64,000 nt of DNA, taken from a virus. Of this stretch, positions 15,682 through 23,786 are shown in pieces. The stretch is from positions 1 through 64,000 of IMG/VR virus record IMGVR_UViG_3300044786_000023; one strand, 5' to 3'. A program made the position numbers and the translations under genes. How positions within the stretch are numbered: position 1 is the first letter of the stretch; every line of letters starts with the position of its first letter. The notes under the pieces were generated by a model, which ran no database searches, was not told the origin of the DNA, and saw nothing but the letters and a program-made list of their open reading frames with translations.

Positions 15682-15730
15682 GTTTTTAACCTTTGTTGAT
15701 TTATCTTAAGTCTGATATACTGTCTCTAAT

Positions 15731-16252
15731 GTGCCAGCCAAACAAGATGACCTGATTAACAAGCTTATAGCTACTGTCTCCGATTTAGTCAGGCAGGTAT
15801 CCAGGTATCTGCCTATCTCGCTAAATGCGCTGGAGAGACATAATCGTGCGTATGAAGAGCTTGACGCAATACGATTAGCCTTAGAGGAGCAACGTGAATT
15901 AGTTAAAGAGTTGATAATAGAATCATCCCGCCATGCTGATGGTACTAACAAGCGACTGGATCGCGTTGAGGAGTATACGATTCTAGTCGGTATGGGTAAG
16001 GTTGATAGTCGTAAAGCCGGTGAGATAACCCAGGAGGTATCCGACGAGCATGTTGAACGTAACCTAAGCGAGCGGCTAGTAGAACAGCAAAGGCTACTTC
16101 TCACTTACCAGGATAACTTAGCGCGTGTCAAGCAGAATGTAGCTGAAATGGGATATGAATCAGTAGAGAACTCAAACAAGGTTAAAGACTACCAGAACAA
16201 GATAAACAAGATTACCGAAGTAATTGACAGAATCAGACAGGCGCTAGTATAA
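15731..16252 (+). CDS. coiled-coil hypothetical protein
   Basis: Track ORF with a GTG start and charged heptad-like composition. Confidence 0.5.
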   Translation: MPAKQDDLINKLIATVSDLVRQVSRYLPISLNALERHNRAYEELDAIRLALEEQRELVKELIIESSRHADGTNKRLDRVEEYTILVGMGKVDSRKAGEITQEVSDEHVERNLSERLVEQQRLLLTYQDNLARVKQNVAEMGYESVENSNKVKDYQNKINKITEVIDRIRQALV

Positions 16253-16261
16253 GGAACTAGA

Positions 16262-16315
16262 ATGAACAAACAGGTAAAGGCGAAACTGAAGCGCATCAGA
16301 GAACAGTTACCATGA
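16262..16315 (+). pseudogene. 17-codon remnant duplicating the 5' end of gene 16511..16915
   Basis: MNKQVKAKLKRIREQLP compares with MNKQIKTRLKRIALDF. The first 12 nt are identical. SD AAGGAA lies upstream. Confidence 0.4.
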
Positions 16316-16491
16316 ATAGTCTAAAAAGAATCCTTGCCAGATTCATTGAATGGCAATGGTTCAAAATGTCAAAAGTGGATAGACAGGCGTCACTCCTTCT
16401 GTACGAACTTCATGCCTTTAATGTCACTCAATGGAAAAAGATGTCACTTCTATCAGCCAAACTTATTAGCAAACTAACAAAAAGAAACTAG
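16312..16491 (+). CDS. 59-aa hypothetical protein
   Basis: Not in the track. ATGA overlap with the remnant ORF. Confidence 0.35.
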   Translation: MNSLKRILARFIEWQWFKMSKVDRQASLLLYELHAFNVTQWKKMSLLSAKLISKLTKRN

Positions 16492-16510
16492 AGGCTACGT
16501 ATCAGATAAC

Positions 16511-16915
16511 ATGAACAAACAGATAAAAACCAGACTAAAACGAATTGCACTTGATTTTGATGGGGCGATAGAAGTGCTGTACGACATTATTCTACCAGTT
16601 ATCGAAAAGGAAGTTAATAGCGATGCTTACGCCGCCAGGTTAGCAGAGGAATTGCGACTCTACCTGGAACGTGGTAAAGCAGAAAAGGAGGTTATACTTG
16701 GCGCGATCAAAGAAGATGAGGCCATGCTGCGAACCGTTAAGTATCAGCTTGAGAACACCAGCTTGTTCGTAGAGGAAATGACGCTGGCTAAAATGCTAGC
16801 CGGTGCCAGTAGAGATGACATCAAGCAAGCGGTTATTCATGCGGTTATGGTGGGGGATAGGGAGCGGGTATTAGAGGGACTCAGGGAGGGGATAGAGCAG
16901 GTGGAATCTAAATGA
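16511..16915 (+). CDS. hypothetical protein
   Basis: Track ORF. Confidence 0.55.
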   Translation: MNKQIKTRLKRIALDFDGAIEVLYDIILPVIEKEVNSDAYAARLAEELRLYLERGKAEKEVILGAIKEDEAMLRTVKYQLENTSLFVEEMTLAKMLAGASRDDIKQAVIHAVMVGDRERVLEGLREGIEQVESK

Positions 16916-17262
16916 TAAACGAAGCTATGATAACTTATTTCGACCAACCTGCCAAGGTCAACTGTGACCGTAACTGTGGAAAGGCGTGGGGTATAAATGG
17001 CCGTCCAAAGATTCAATTATCAGATGATGATGACTACGCTTTCTTAGCCGATGATGAATTAGGCACCGCGCCTATTGACCCCGGCACATATGAAGGTGGC
17101 GTAGCCAAGCCACTTGCACCGGCTGAGTTCCCTACCAAATGGTGCGTAAGGGAATGTGAGCGATGTAATATGTCCAAGCCGGGTGAGTGGAATCAGCCGT
17201 TAGATGTCAGCGATTTTAGCCAGCGCCGATTTAATATGAGTTGGAGGGAGGGAATGAGTTGA
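16912..17262 (+). CDS. hypothetical protein (Cys-containing)
   Basis: Track ORF with ATGA coupling. Confidence 0.55.
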   Translation: MINEAMITYFDQPAKVNCDRNCGKAWGINGRPKIQLSDDDDYAFLADDELGTAPIDPGTYEGGVAKPLAPAEFPTKWCVRECERCNMSKPGEWNQPLDVSDFSQRRFNMSWREGMS

Positions 17263-17272
17263 ATCCAACTAA

Positions 17273-17407
17273 ATGCCTAAAAAACGTCTTGCTCTTCTAT
17301 TTGCCATTCTTTGCATCCAGTGTTTTATGATGGGCATAACTGGACTACTACCTGCTATAACCTTCCTGTGGCTGGCTGTCTCTATTGTCAGGTGTAGATC
17401 TGTTTGA
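17273..17407 (+). CDS. 44-aa signal/anchor-like peptide (MPKKRLALLFAILCIQCFMMGITGLLPAITFLWLAVSIVRCRSV)
   Basis: Not in the track. Hydrophobic. It may be the N-terminus of the next ORF (see findings). Confidence 0.3.
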   Translation: MPKKRLALLFAILCIQCFMMGITGLLPAITFLWLAVSIVRCRSV

Positions 17408-17687
17408 GCTTTACTTAATCCTAAGTGGCACGCTCGCACCGTCAAACGCACTAGAGGATGTGGCCCGCGTTCGTGCTGCTAATTTCCAGCAAGTGCAACA
17501 TTGGCGAGATTTTGAGGTTTTAGTTGCTGTGGAGAATTGCGCCTTGTTAGGTAGGAGTGGCTGGCTGATAACGGATAAAGTGCGAAATGCGATAGTTGTA
17601 GACTGTTCGCAACCAGTACACGATATGAACGGTATTATGGCTGATGTCTCTACAGGTGAGGGGCAAGGCTGGCTAGTGCTGAGATAA
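17385..17687 (+). CDS. hypothetical protein (possible 3D/DPBB-like fold)
   Basis: Track ORF with a TTG start and no SD. VLVAVENCALLGRSGWLITDKVRNAIVVDCSQPVHDMNGIMADVS is vaguely 3D-domain-like. Confidence 0.4.
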   Translation: MSGVDLFELYLILSGTLAPSNALEDVARVRAANFQQVQHWRDFEVLVAVENCALLGRSGWLITDKVRNAIVVDCSQPVHDMNGIMADVSTGEGQGWLVLR

Positions 17688-17888
17688 TTACCAGTCGCCG
17701 CCGTCATTTTCTATCTTAATATAGTCAATAATGAAATCGTCATTATCTACAATTCGTTTACCGTCAGCATCTTTTTTCATTACGTACAGAGTACCACTTG
17801 CTGAGTATAACCAAAGTGACTCCGGCCAATGTCTGGCAGCTTTCTTTAATAATTCGATTGCTCGTTCTTCTTGTTTAGTTAGTTCCAT
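17688..17888 (-). CDS. hypothetical protein
   Basis: Track ORF with protein-like composition. It is the last gene of the leftward block. Confidence 0.55.
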   Translation of the reverse strand: MELTKQEERAIELLKKAARHWPESLWLYSASGTLYVMKKDADGKRIVDNDDFIIDYIKIENDGGDW

Positions 17889-17897
17889 GTCATACCT

Positions 17898-18002
17898 TTA
17901 CGCGCCATTAGTGCGTGGCGTGTCTATCTTAACAATGTGGATATTGGAAAATTGCGAATTGTAAATCCTGATAAGCTGTGATATACTTAGCACGTGGCTC
18001 AT
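17898..18002 (-). CDS. 34-aa hypothetical peptide
   Basis: Not in the track. SD AAAGGAGAAC lies 5 nt before ATG 18002. Confidence 0.3.
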   Translation of the reverse strand: MSHVLSISQLIRIYNSQFSNIHIVKIDTPRTNGA

Positions 18003-18022
18003 TTTTGTTCTCCTTTGTGAGG

Positions 18023-18055
18023 AAGGCCTGACTAGCGTTGGGCCTTTTTCATTTT
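18023..18055 (+). terminator. plus-strand intrinsic terminator
   Basis: AAGGCC (18023-18028) pairs with GGCCTT (18041-18046) and is followed by TTTTTCATTTT. It probably ends read-through of the rightward block. Confidence 0.4.
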
Positions 18056-18122
18056 ACGCTTAAGTAGGTGGTAAGGCTTAGCAGCGTCACCTGCTACGCA
18101 AGCGCAATGTTCCCACCTATCA

Positions 18123-18314
18123 TCACCTCTCTAAGTTGTCAAATTCCATGCCCATTGCCTTTAGTTCTTTTTTGGCTTGCTCTGCTACTTCACGCCGAAT
18201 CGCAATCATAACTAGCGTTTCCAGCTTGGTACTGCGTTTCTTACCGTATCTATCTGCCAGGTAACATTGTACGGCACGAGCGTCGTTATCGCGGAACTTT
18301 AATTCAATTCTCAT
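18123..18314 (-). CDS. hypothetical protein
   Basis: Track ORF. Confidence 0.5.
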   Translation of the reverse strand: MRIELKFRDNDARAVQCYLADRYGKKRSTKLETLVMIAIRREVAEQAKKELKAMGMEFDNLER

Positions 18315-18685
18315 AACTCCCTCACTCTCTCCCTTTTAACATCCCTAATCTCTCTCCAATGTTTCCACTCGACAATTACTTCCAATTCAGGTTTGCCCTT
18401 GCAAGCTGGACACGGTTTATACTGTCCATACCGCTTACCTGCCTTCACCTGTCCAGATGCATTGCAATTTGAACAGTACTGGGCAATCTTAAAGTCCTGA
18501 ATCTCATAGCTTAACTGATTAGCATAGTAATCGAGGTAAAAATCTAGTTCCTTTTGCGTGTCTTGTAGCGTGTCACGGCCAAAGCCTACGCCTGATGTCT
18601 GGCGAATGGTAGTACCTTCATAGCAAGAATTATTCCAGTAATTTAACCAGCCGCCGAAATATGAGGGGATTTGTTTTGTAGTCAT
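18311..18685 (-). CDS. hypothetical protein with DnaJ-type zinc-finger motif
   Basis: Carries CSNCNASGQV...CPACKGKP. Confidence 0.5.
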   Translation of the reverse strand: MTTKQIPSYFGGWLNYWNNSCYEGTTIRQTSGVGFGRDTLQDTQKELDFYLDYYANQLSYEIQDFKIAQYCSNCNASGQVKAGKRYGQYKPCPACKGKPELEVIVEWKHWREIRDVKRERVREL

Positions 18686-18885
18686 TCTGCTTCCTTCGTT
18701 ACTACATGAACCATATTGCTATGGATGTGATATAACTTGAATTGGATTCCCTCAAACGCTTGCTCCAATGCCATCTCAACTTCCATCTGACTAACTGGCC
18801 GCTTGAGTGAGACTAGCACACCCGTTTGAGTGATGCGAGTGGTAAAGCCTAAGTTTGATAGTTCGATTGCTATGATGTTTTTCAT
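18682..18885 (-). CDS. hypothetical protein
   Basis: Track ORF. Confidence 0.5.
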   Translation of the reverse strand: MKNIIAIELSNLGFTTRITQTGVLVSLKRPVSQMEVEMALEQAFEGIQFKLYHIHSNMVHVVTKEAE

Positions 18886-18971
18886 AGTTTGTACTTCCTT
18901 TCAAATTCAGTATGTTCTAATTTCCGCGCATCTTGAATGATTGATTTTAGCCAGCGGATAAGGCGCTTCAT
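18882..18971 (-). CDS. 29-aa hypothetical peptide
   Basis: Not in the track. It has ATGA overlaps at both ends and bridges two operon genes exactly. Confidence 0.35.
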   Translation of the reverse strand: MKRLIRWLKSIIQDARKLEHTEFERKYKL

Positions 18972-19186
18972 TTTGTTACCTTCCTGCCAAAGTTAGGATT
19001 GCCACTCTTACGCGGTTTCGCTTGAAACTTCTCTAAATCCCGCGGTAAGATTTGCCACTGATTACCCACTCGTTTACCTAGCCGGCCCTGGCGACAATAG
19101 CGCCGTACTAGGGCAGCGGAGATACCAAGCATGCCGGCGGCTTCATCGGCGGTATAGAGATAGGATGTTACTTTTTCGATGGTCAT
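18968..19186 (-). CDS. excisionase/MerR-family HTH protein
   Basis: Carries YTADEAAGMLGISAALVRRYCRQGRL. Confidence 0.65.
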   Translation of the reverse strand: MTIEKVTSYLYTADEAAGMLGISAALVRRYCRQGRLGKRVGNQWQILPRDLEKFQAKPRKSGNPNFGRKVTK

Positions 19187-19420
19187 TTATTTACCCCTTC
19201 GTTTCAGTACTTGCTTAATAGCCCATTGAGTATCGGCTACTGCATCGGTATCATTGTTTTGAATGTAGAATTTTAATCTGAGGTTAAGTAAGGATTGAGC
19301 ACGCTGGCTAGTGGTTGGATATTGCGCCCATGCCTTTTGGGAATTGTCGCTATTAGTATTAGCAGCTAAGTCTAAAATGTTGTTTAGATAATCTTGGCGA
19401 GATACCGAATTGCTTGTCAT
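19187..19420 (-). CDS. hypothetical protein
   Basis: Track ORF, first gene of the leftward unit. Confidence 0.5.
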   Translation of the reverse strand: MTSNSVSRQDYLNNILDLAANTNSDNSQKAWAQYPTTSQRAQSLLNLRLKFYIQNNDTDAVADTQWAIKQVLKRRGK

Positions 19421-19452
19421 TTTTCGTAACTCCTAAGTGATTTAATCTTAGT

Positions 19453-19535
19453 GCTATTGTATCACGGATATGCAAACAGAACAATAGGCAATTATGCCTA
19501 TCTTTAGAACAATAGCAAGCCAAACTCGCTATTGT
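19453..19535. promoter_or_regulatory. operator-like repeats (GCTATTGT x4, alternating orientation) and palindrome ATAGGCA-atta-TGCCTAT
   Basis: Copies lie at 19453-19460 (+), 19481-19488 (-), 19509-19516 (-) and 19528-19535 (+). The palindrome spans 19484-19501. Confidence 0.35.
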
Positions 19536-19559
19536 CATAATCGCAAAACGTGGTATACT
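19532..19559 (+). promoter_or_regulatory. promoter TTGTCA-16-TATACT (TG-extended), predicted leaderless for ATG 19567
   Basis: -35 at 19532-19537 and -10 at 19554-19559. The ATG lies 7 nt downstream with no SD. Confidence 0.4.
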
Positions 19560-19566
19560 AGCAATT

Positions 19567-19812
19567 ATGTACGGTTTATTGAATTATAACCCTTACGGTC
19601 CGCATGCGCCGCCGCAACCTGATGAAGTACCCGAATCCCAATTCAAAGCTGCGCAGCGTGTCAATGCCACGCACTTGAGCACTGATGGACTGCGGGCTTA
19701 CTGTACGCGCTATGGACAAACGCTTGTGGCTAAATGGGATAAATGGGATGGATTCGGCGCGTGGGAGGAATGTACTGAGATGCCGGCTGATGCAGTGGTG
19801 ATAGATGGCTAA
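19567..19812 (+). CDS. hypothetical protein
   Basis: Track ORF, first gene of the late block. Confidence 0.5.
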   Translation: MYGLLNYNPYGPHAPPQPDEVPESQFKAAQRVNATHLSTDGLRAYCTRYGQTLVAKWDKWDGFGAWEECTEMPADAVVIDG

Positions 19813-20212
19813 CACCTACTCGCAAGAGACAAAAGCAGCGGTCATGGCCGCGCTTCTTACTGGCCAGTCTATTCGCTATGTCGCTAAAGAGTTTGGGATT
19901 CCAGTTGGTACAATTAAGGCCTGGAAATCATACCGCGCTAATGGTCACAATGTGGCTTTAGTTACAACCGAAAAAAAACAAGCCATTGGTGACTTAATTT
20001 TAATTTATCTCAATGAGCTATTTACAACTCTTCATGTGCAAATGAAAGTCTTTGCTGATGAAACATGGCTTAAACAGCAATCCGCCGGTGAAGCTGCGAT
20101 ACTTCACGGGGTCATTGCCGATAAAGGGATTCGCCTTCTCGAAGCCCTCGCCGATAGAGGGGAAAACGACAACCCCATTATCTACGAATCTGATAGAGTG
20201 GATTCAATCTGA
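19805..20212 (+). CDS. terS: terminase small subunit
   Basis: N-terminal HTH (LTGQSIRYVAKEFGIPVGTIKAWKS), immediately upstream of TerL. Confidence 0.65.
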   Translation: MANTYSQETKAAVMAALLTGQSIRYVAKEFGIPVGTIKAWKSYRANGHNVALVTTEKKQAIGDLILIYLNELFTTLHVQMKVFADETWLKQQSAGEAAILHGVIADKGIRLLEALADRGENDNPIIYESDRVDSI

Positions 20213-21581
20213 GTTTTACATACCCGAACTAAACGGGCCAATTGAGTTATACCCCTATCAGATAGCCGCCCTACGTGAATCGCAAGCCAAAGATGACAGT
20301 GGCAATTTCAAGTATAACTTGGTGGTATGGGGTGATATTAAAAAAAGCGCAAAGTCCTCGGTCGCTGCTGCCATTGCTCTTTATCGCGCTTTCCATACCA
20401 AGTGGGGCAGCGTCAAAATCATAGCTAATGACTTAAAGCAAGCCGACTCCCGTGTGGCTTTCTACCTACGCAGGGCCATAGAGCTTAACCCACGTATGAC
20501 GAATATCAAGCAAGCTAACTACAAAACTACGCTGCCGAATCATACCACTATCGAAGCCATACCCATTGATCCGGCTGGCGAGGCAGGTGGCAATGATGAC
20601 TTTATCTGCTTCTCGGAGTTATGGGCTGCCAAGCACAAGGCGCTGGAATCCATGTGGAGTGAGATGACGCTTAGCCCCATGAAGTTTGGTAAGTCCCAAC
20701 GTTGGGTCGAAACTTACGCCGGCTTCAGCGGTGAATCACCCATCCTAGAACGGCTATATGAACGAGGTATAAAAGGCGAGAAGCTGGACTTAAGCTATAC
20801 AGATAGCGCCGGCGCATACCATGACTTAGCCGACTTAGAGGTCTACCGTGAAGGCGGTATGCTCATGCTGTGGAATACGGTGCCACGTTTGCCCTGGCAA
20901 ACTCAGGCGTACTATGCCGAAGAGGAATCCGTCCTCCTTCCTACTGAGTTTAGGCGTATCCATAAGAATGAGTGGATAGGTTCAACTTCTAAGTTTGTCG
21001 AAAAGGTATGGTGGCAGAACTGCTATGAACCACTACCTGCGCTCGATTCCCGTGAACCTTGCATTCTATCAGCTGACGCGGCAAAGGGAGGTGACTCCAC
21101 GTCGCCCGCCGACTGCTTTGCCCTGGTCATCGTTACCCGTCACCCTAACCGGCGTGATGATGTAGCGGTGCGATACTGTGGCGTATGGCAAGCCGAAAAG
21201 GGGCAGTTACTTGACTACGGCCCGATAGATGCTGAGATACGGTGGCTGCTCGCCACATTCGCCATAGTCGAATTCTGTTATGATCCTTATCAACTTCATT
21301 CACTCGCAATGGACTATCGGCGTGAAGGACTGGTAAAGACGTTTGAGTTTAAGCAAAATGAACCACGCTTAAAAGCCGATAAGCAGCTTAGGGACTTCAT
21401 CATAGCCAGACGGATAGCGCATGATGGGAATCCCACATTAACCGAACATATAGATAATGCTAATGTAGTGAATCACGGGGAAGATGGCATACGTATCGTC
21501 AAGCGGTCTGCTAACTTGAAGATAGATTTAGCAATTGCAGTTTCGCAGGGTACTGCAAGATGCCTTTACTATAATTTTTAA
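20052..21581 (+). CDS. terL: terminase large subunit (start uncertain)
   Basis: About 500 aa, with YPYQIAALRES and a P-loop-like WGDIKKSAKS. Position and size are typical. It has no in-frame start downstream of the TerS stop. Confidence 0.85.
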   Translation: MLMKHGLNSNPPVKLRYFTGSLPIKGFAFSKPSPIEGKTTTPLSTNLIEWIQSEFYIPELNGPIELYPYQIAALRESQAKDDSGNFKYNLVVWGDIKKSAKSSVAAAIALYRAFHTKWGSVKIIANDLKQADSRVAFYLRRAIELNPRMTNIKQANYKTTLPNHTTIEAIPIDPAGEAGGNDDFICFSELWAAKHKALESMWSEMTLSPMKFGKSQRWVETYAGFSGESPILERLYERGIKGEKLDLSYTDSAGAYHDLADLEVYREGGMLMLWNTVPRLPWQTQAYYAEEESVLLPTEFRRIHKNEWIGSTSKFVEKVWWQNCYEPLPALDSREPCILSADAAKGGDSTSPADCFALVIVTRHPNRRDDVAVRYCGVWQAEKGQLLDYGPIDAEIRWLLATFAIVEFCYDPYQLHSLAMDYRREGLVKTFEFKQNEPRLKADKQLRDFIIARRIAHDGNPTLTEHIDNANVVNHGEDGIRIVKRSANLKIDLAIAVSQGTARCLYYNF

Positions 21582-21596
21582 CTCAGAGGAGATGAA

Positions 21597-22067
21597 ATGA
21601 TTGATGGAGTCCAACTCAAGCAACTAACTACCCATGCCGACGAACATGGCTTCTTCCGCGAGGTGTTACGTGCCGATGATGAGATATTCAGTGAGGGATT
21701 CGGGCAGTGGTCGCACTCAGTTAAATATCACGGCGAGATTAAAGCGTGGCATATCCACGCTAAACAGGTGGATTGGTGGTATGTGCCTATTGGGGTGATG
21801 AAAGCAGTAGTATGTGATCTCAGAAACGTTCCCAAGGGTGCTGAAAAATATGGGTATCCTACATCGTTATTTGCTGAGTATCTCTTAGGCGATAACCAGC
21901 CCGCTCAAGTCCTACGCATCCCTCCCGGCGTAGCCCACGGCTTCAAAGTCCTACAAGGGCCAGCGCATTTGTTTTATGTTACCTCGCAGGTGTATAACCC
22001 GGAGGATGAAGGCAGGATACCGTATGATGCGTTGGGATATGATTGGTTCAAACAAGACATAAAATAG
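21597..22067 (+). CDS. dTDP-4-dehydrorhamnose 3,5-epimerase-like cupin (RmlC-like)
   Basis: Carries HADEHGFFREV...KAWHIH...QVDWWYVP...PPGVAHGFKVL...YVTSQVYNPEDEGRIPYD. Confidence 0.75.
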   Translation: MIDGVQLKQLTTHADEHGFFREVLRADDEIFSEGFGQWSHSVKYHGEIKAWHIHAKQVDWWYVPIGVMKAVVCDLRNVPKGAEKYGYPTSLFAEYLLGDNQPAQVLRIPPGVAHGFKVLQGPAHLFYVTSQVYNPEDEGRIPYDALGYDWFKQDIK

Positions 22068-22071
22068 GTTA

Positions 22072-22100
22072 TTGCAAAAAACGCAAATAGGATATACAAT
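22072..22100 (+). promoter_or_regulatory. promoter-like TTGCAA-17-TACAAT upstream of the portal gene
   Basis: -35 at 22072-22077 and -10 at 22095-22100. Confidence 0.35.
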
Positions 22101-22271
22101 GTTATTCATACCTAGAGACATCATCGAGAACATGCGCCGCGTTGTTATTCAGTTACTGAATCTACTCGATGACGCACTAGGTATACCGCGCACGATTCCA
22201 AGTAAGGAGGATCGGCGCAAGCTTAGAGATTTAATAAAGTAATCCTCACCTTTTCGGCTAAAAGCTTAGCG

Positions 22272-23786
22272 GTGTTAGATACACTGCTATTTTTTATGCC
22301 CGATACAATTGAACCTCATACTAATGGCACTAAAGCCATAGACCCAATAGCCGAGTTATCCCTACAGCGTCGCGCTGAAGAATCCGCTACCGGTGGCGTT
22401 TACTCATGGTGGTTTGCCAGATACGATGATGGCAGCGAAATTGCGCCCTGGTGGAGTCCCCAGCGCGACGCTGACCTGCGTCAATTCGTATGGCGTGAAG
22501 GTAATGACATTTTGCAGGGCGCTGTCGCCAGTATGGTGAAGTGGGGCAAGACGTTGGCGTGGGTATGCGAAGGGCCGGATAGGGTTGTAAATAGATACCA
22601 GAGCGTTCTAAGCGAATCCGAGTTCGGCGACGGCTGGGGTACGCTTGTCAGCAAAGCTCTTACTGATTACTACACTCAGGACAAAGGCGCGTCTATCGAA
22701 GTCATCGGCGCTGGTGACCCTAGCGGGCCGATACAAGGGCCGGTGCTCGGCCTAGCTCACCTCGATTCGCAATACGTGCAGCCCACTGGCGATGCCGTCT
22801 ACCCCATCCTTTTTCACAACGTCAAGAACGATACACTTCACAAAATCCATACTACCCGTGTTATTCGCATAGTGGATATGCCAAGCCCCAATGAGCAAAT
22901 GTTAGGTGTGGGCTTTTGTGCGTGTAGCCGTGTTATAGCTGCATCTCAAGTGTTACTTAAATTAGTACGCTATAAAAATGAAAAGCTGAGTGACATGCCG
23001 GAAGCTGGACTCCTTATCCTAAATAACATCATGCAGAAAGCATGGGAGGATGTACGCGCCAAACATCAGAGGGAGCGCCGCAAGTTAGGCCAAGAGATAT
23101 GGTCTAACATTATGACGCTGTTTAGCATTGACCCAGCGCGACCCGCAACGGCTAACTTAGTGTCCTTTGCTACATTGCCAGATGGCTTTAACGAAGAGGT
23201 GGCGCTTGATACCTACCTTAATATCGTAGCACTGGCGTTTGGCGTAGATAAGCGCGAGTTTTGGCCTGAATCCGCAAGCGGTTTGGGTGGCAACCGTGAA
23301 GCGGCTGTCATGGCGCAAAAAGCACGAGGCAAAGGCAAGGGCGACATCATAGCGGCTATCGAACGCGCTATTAACTGGAAAGTGTTACCGGCAAGTGTGA
23401 ACTTCCGCTTTGACTTCAGAGACGATGAAGAGGACAAGCTTAAGGCCGAGATAAACAGCATCAAAGTCGAGTCTATCATGGGTATGTGGGTTAAGCCTAG
23501 CGATAGAGGTGCGGGCTTATTCGAGTCACCTGTTAGCCGCCAGGAGATACGCCAGATTCTGGCCGACAACGTGCCGGACTATTTCAAACAAGAGTTCTTG
23601 GAATTTGACGTATCAGGTGAGGAAGAGCTGACGGATACCGAACGAGAAGATAAGGCGCTTGCTAGCATTGTAGCAATGGCTGAAAAGAATTATCACGACG
23701 GCAAGATAACTCTTGACGAACTTATTGAGTTTCGGTTAGGTACGGTGCTAGATGGGAGTTTATCGAATGAAAATCGTTTGTCTTAA
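22272..23786 (+). CDS. portal protein
   Basis: 504 aa, positioned after TerL, with an acidic C-terminus. Start is GTG 22272 or ATG 22299. Confidence 0.65.
   Translation: MLDTLLFFMPDTIEPHTNGTKAIDPIAELSLQRRAEESATGGVYSWWFARYDDGSEIAPWWSPQRDADLRQFVWREGNDILQGAVASMVKWGKTLAWVCEGPDRVVNRYQSVLSESEFGDGWGTLVSKALTDYYTQDKGASIEVIGAGDPSGPIQGPVLGLAHLDSQYVQPTGDAVYPILFHNVKNDTLHKIHTTRVIRIVDMPSPNEQMLGVGFCACSRVIAASQVLLKLVRYKNEKLSDMPEAGLLILNNIMQKAWEDVRAKHQRERRKLGQEIWSNIMTLFSIDPARPATANLVSFATLPDGFNEEVALDTYLNIVALAFGVDKREFWPESASGLGGNREAAVMAQKARGKGKGDIIAAIERAINWKVLPASVNFRFDFRDDEEDKLKAEINSIKVESIMGMWVKPSDRGAGLFESPVSRQEIRQILADNVPDYFKQEFLEFDVSGEEELTDTEREDKALASIVAMAEKNYHDGKITLDELIEFRLGTVLDGSLSNENRLS

Noticed and set aside
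17269-17707. Minus-strand ORFs 17269..17451 and 17411..17707.
   Set aside because: Their Ser/Thr/Cys-rich composition is typical of antisense frames. The plus-strand ORF is more protein-like, although its start is poor.
22099-22242. 47-codon ORF between the RmlC-like and portal genes, and a TAAGGAGG at 22203-22210.
   Set aside because: Its ATG overlaps the -10 of the promoter-like element, and it has no SD. The SD-like sequence is not followed by a start codon within 5-10 nt.
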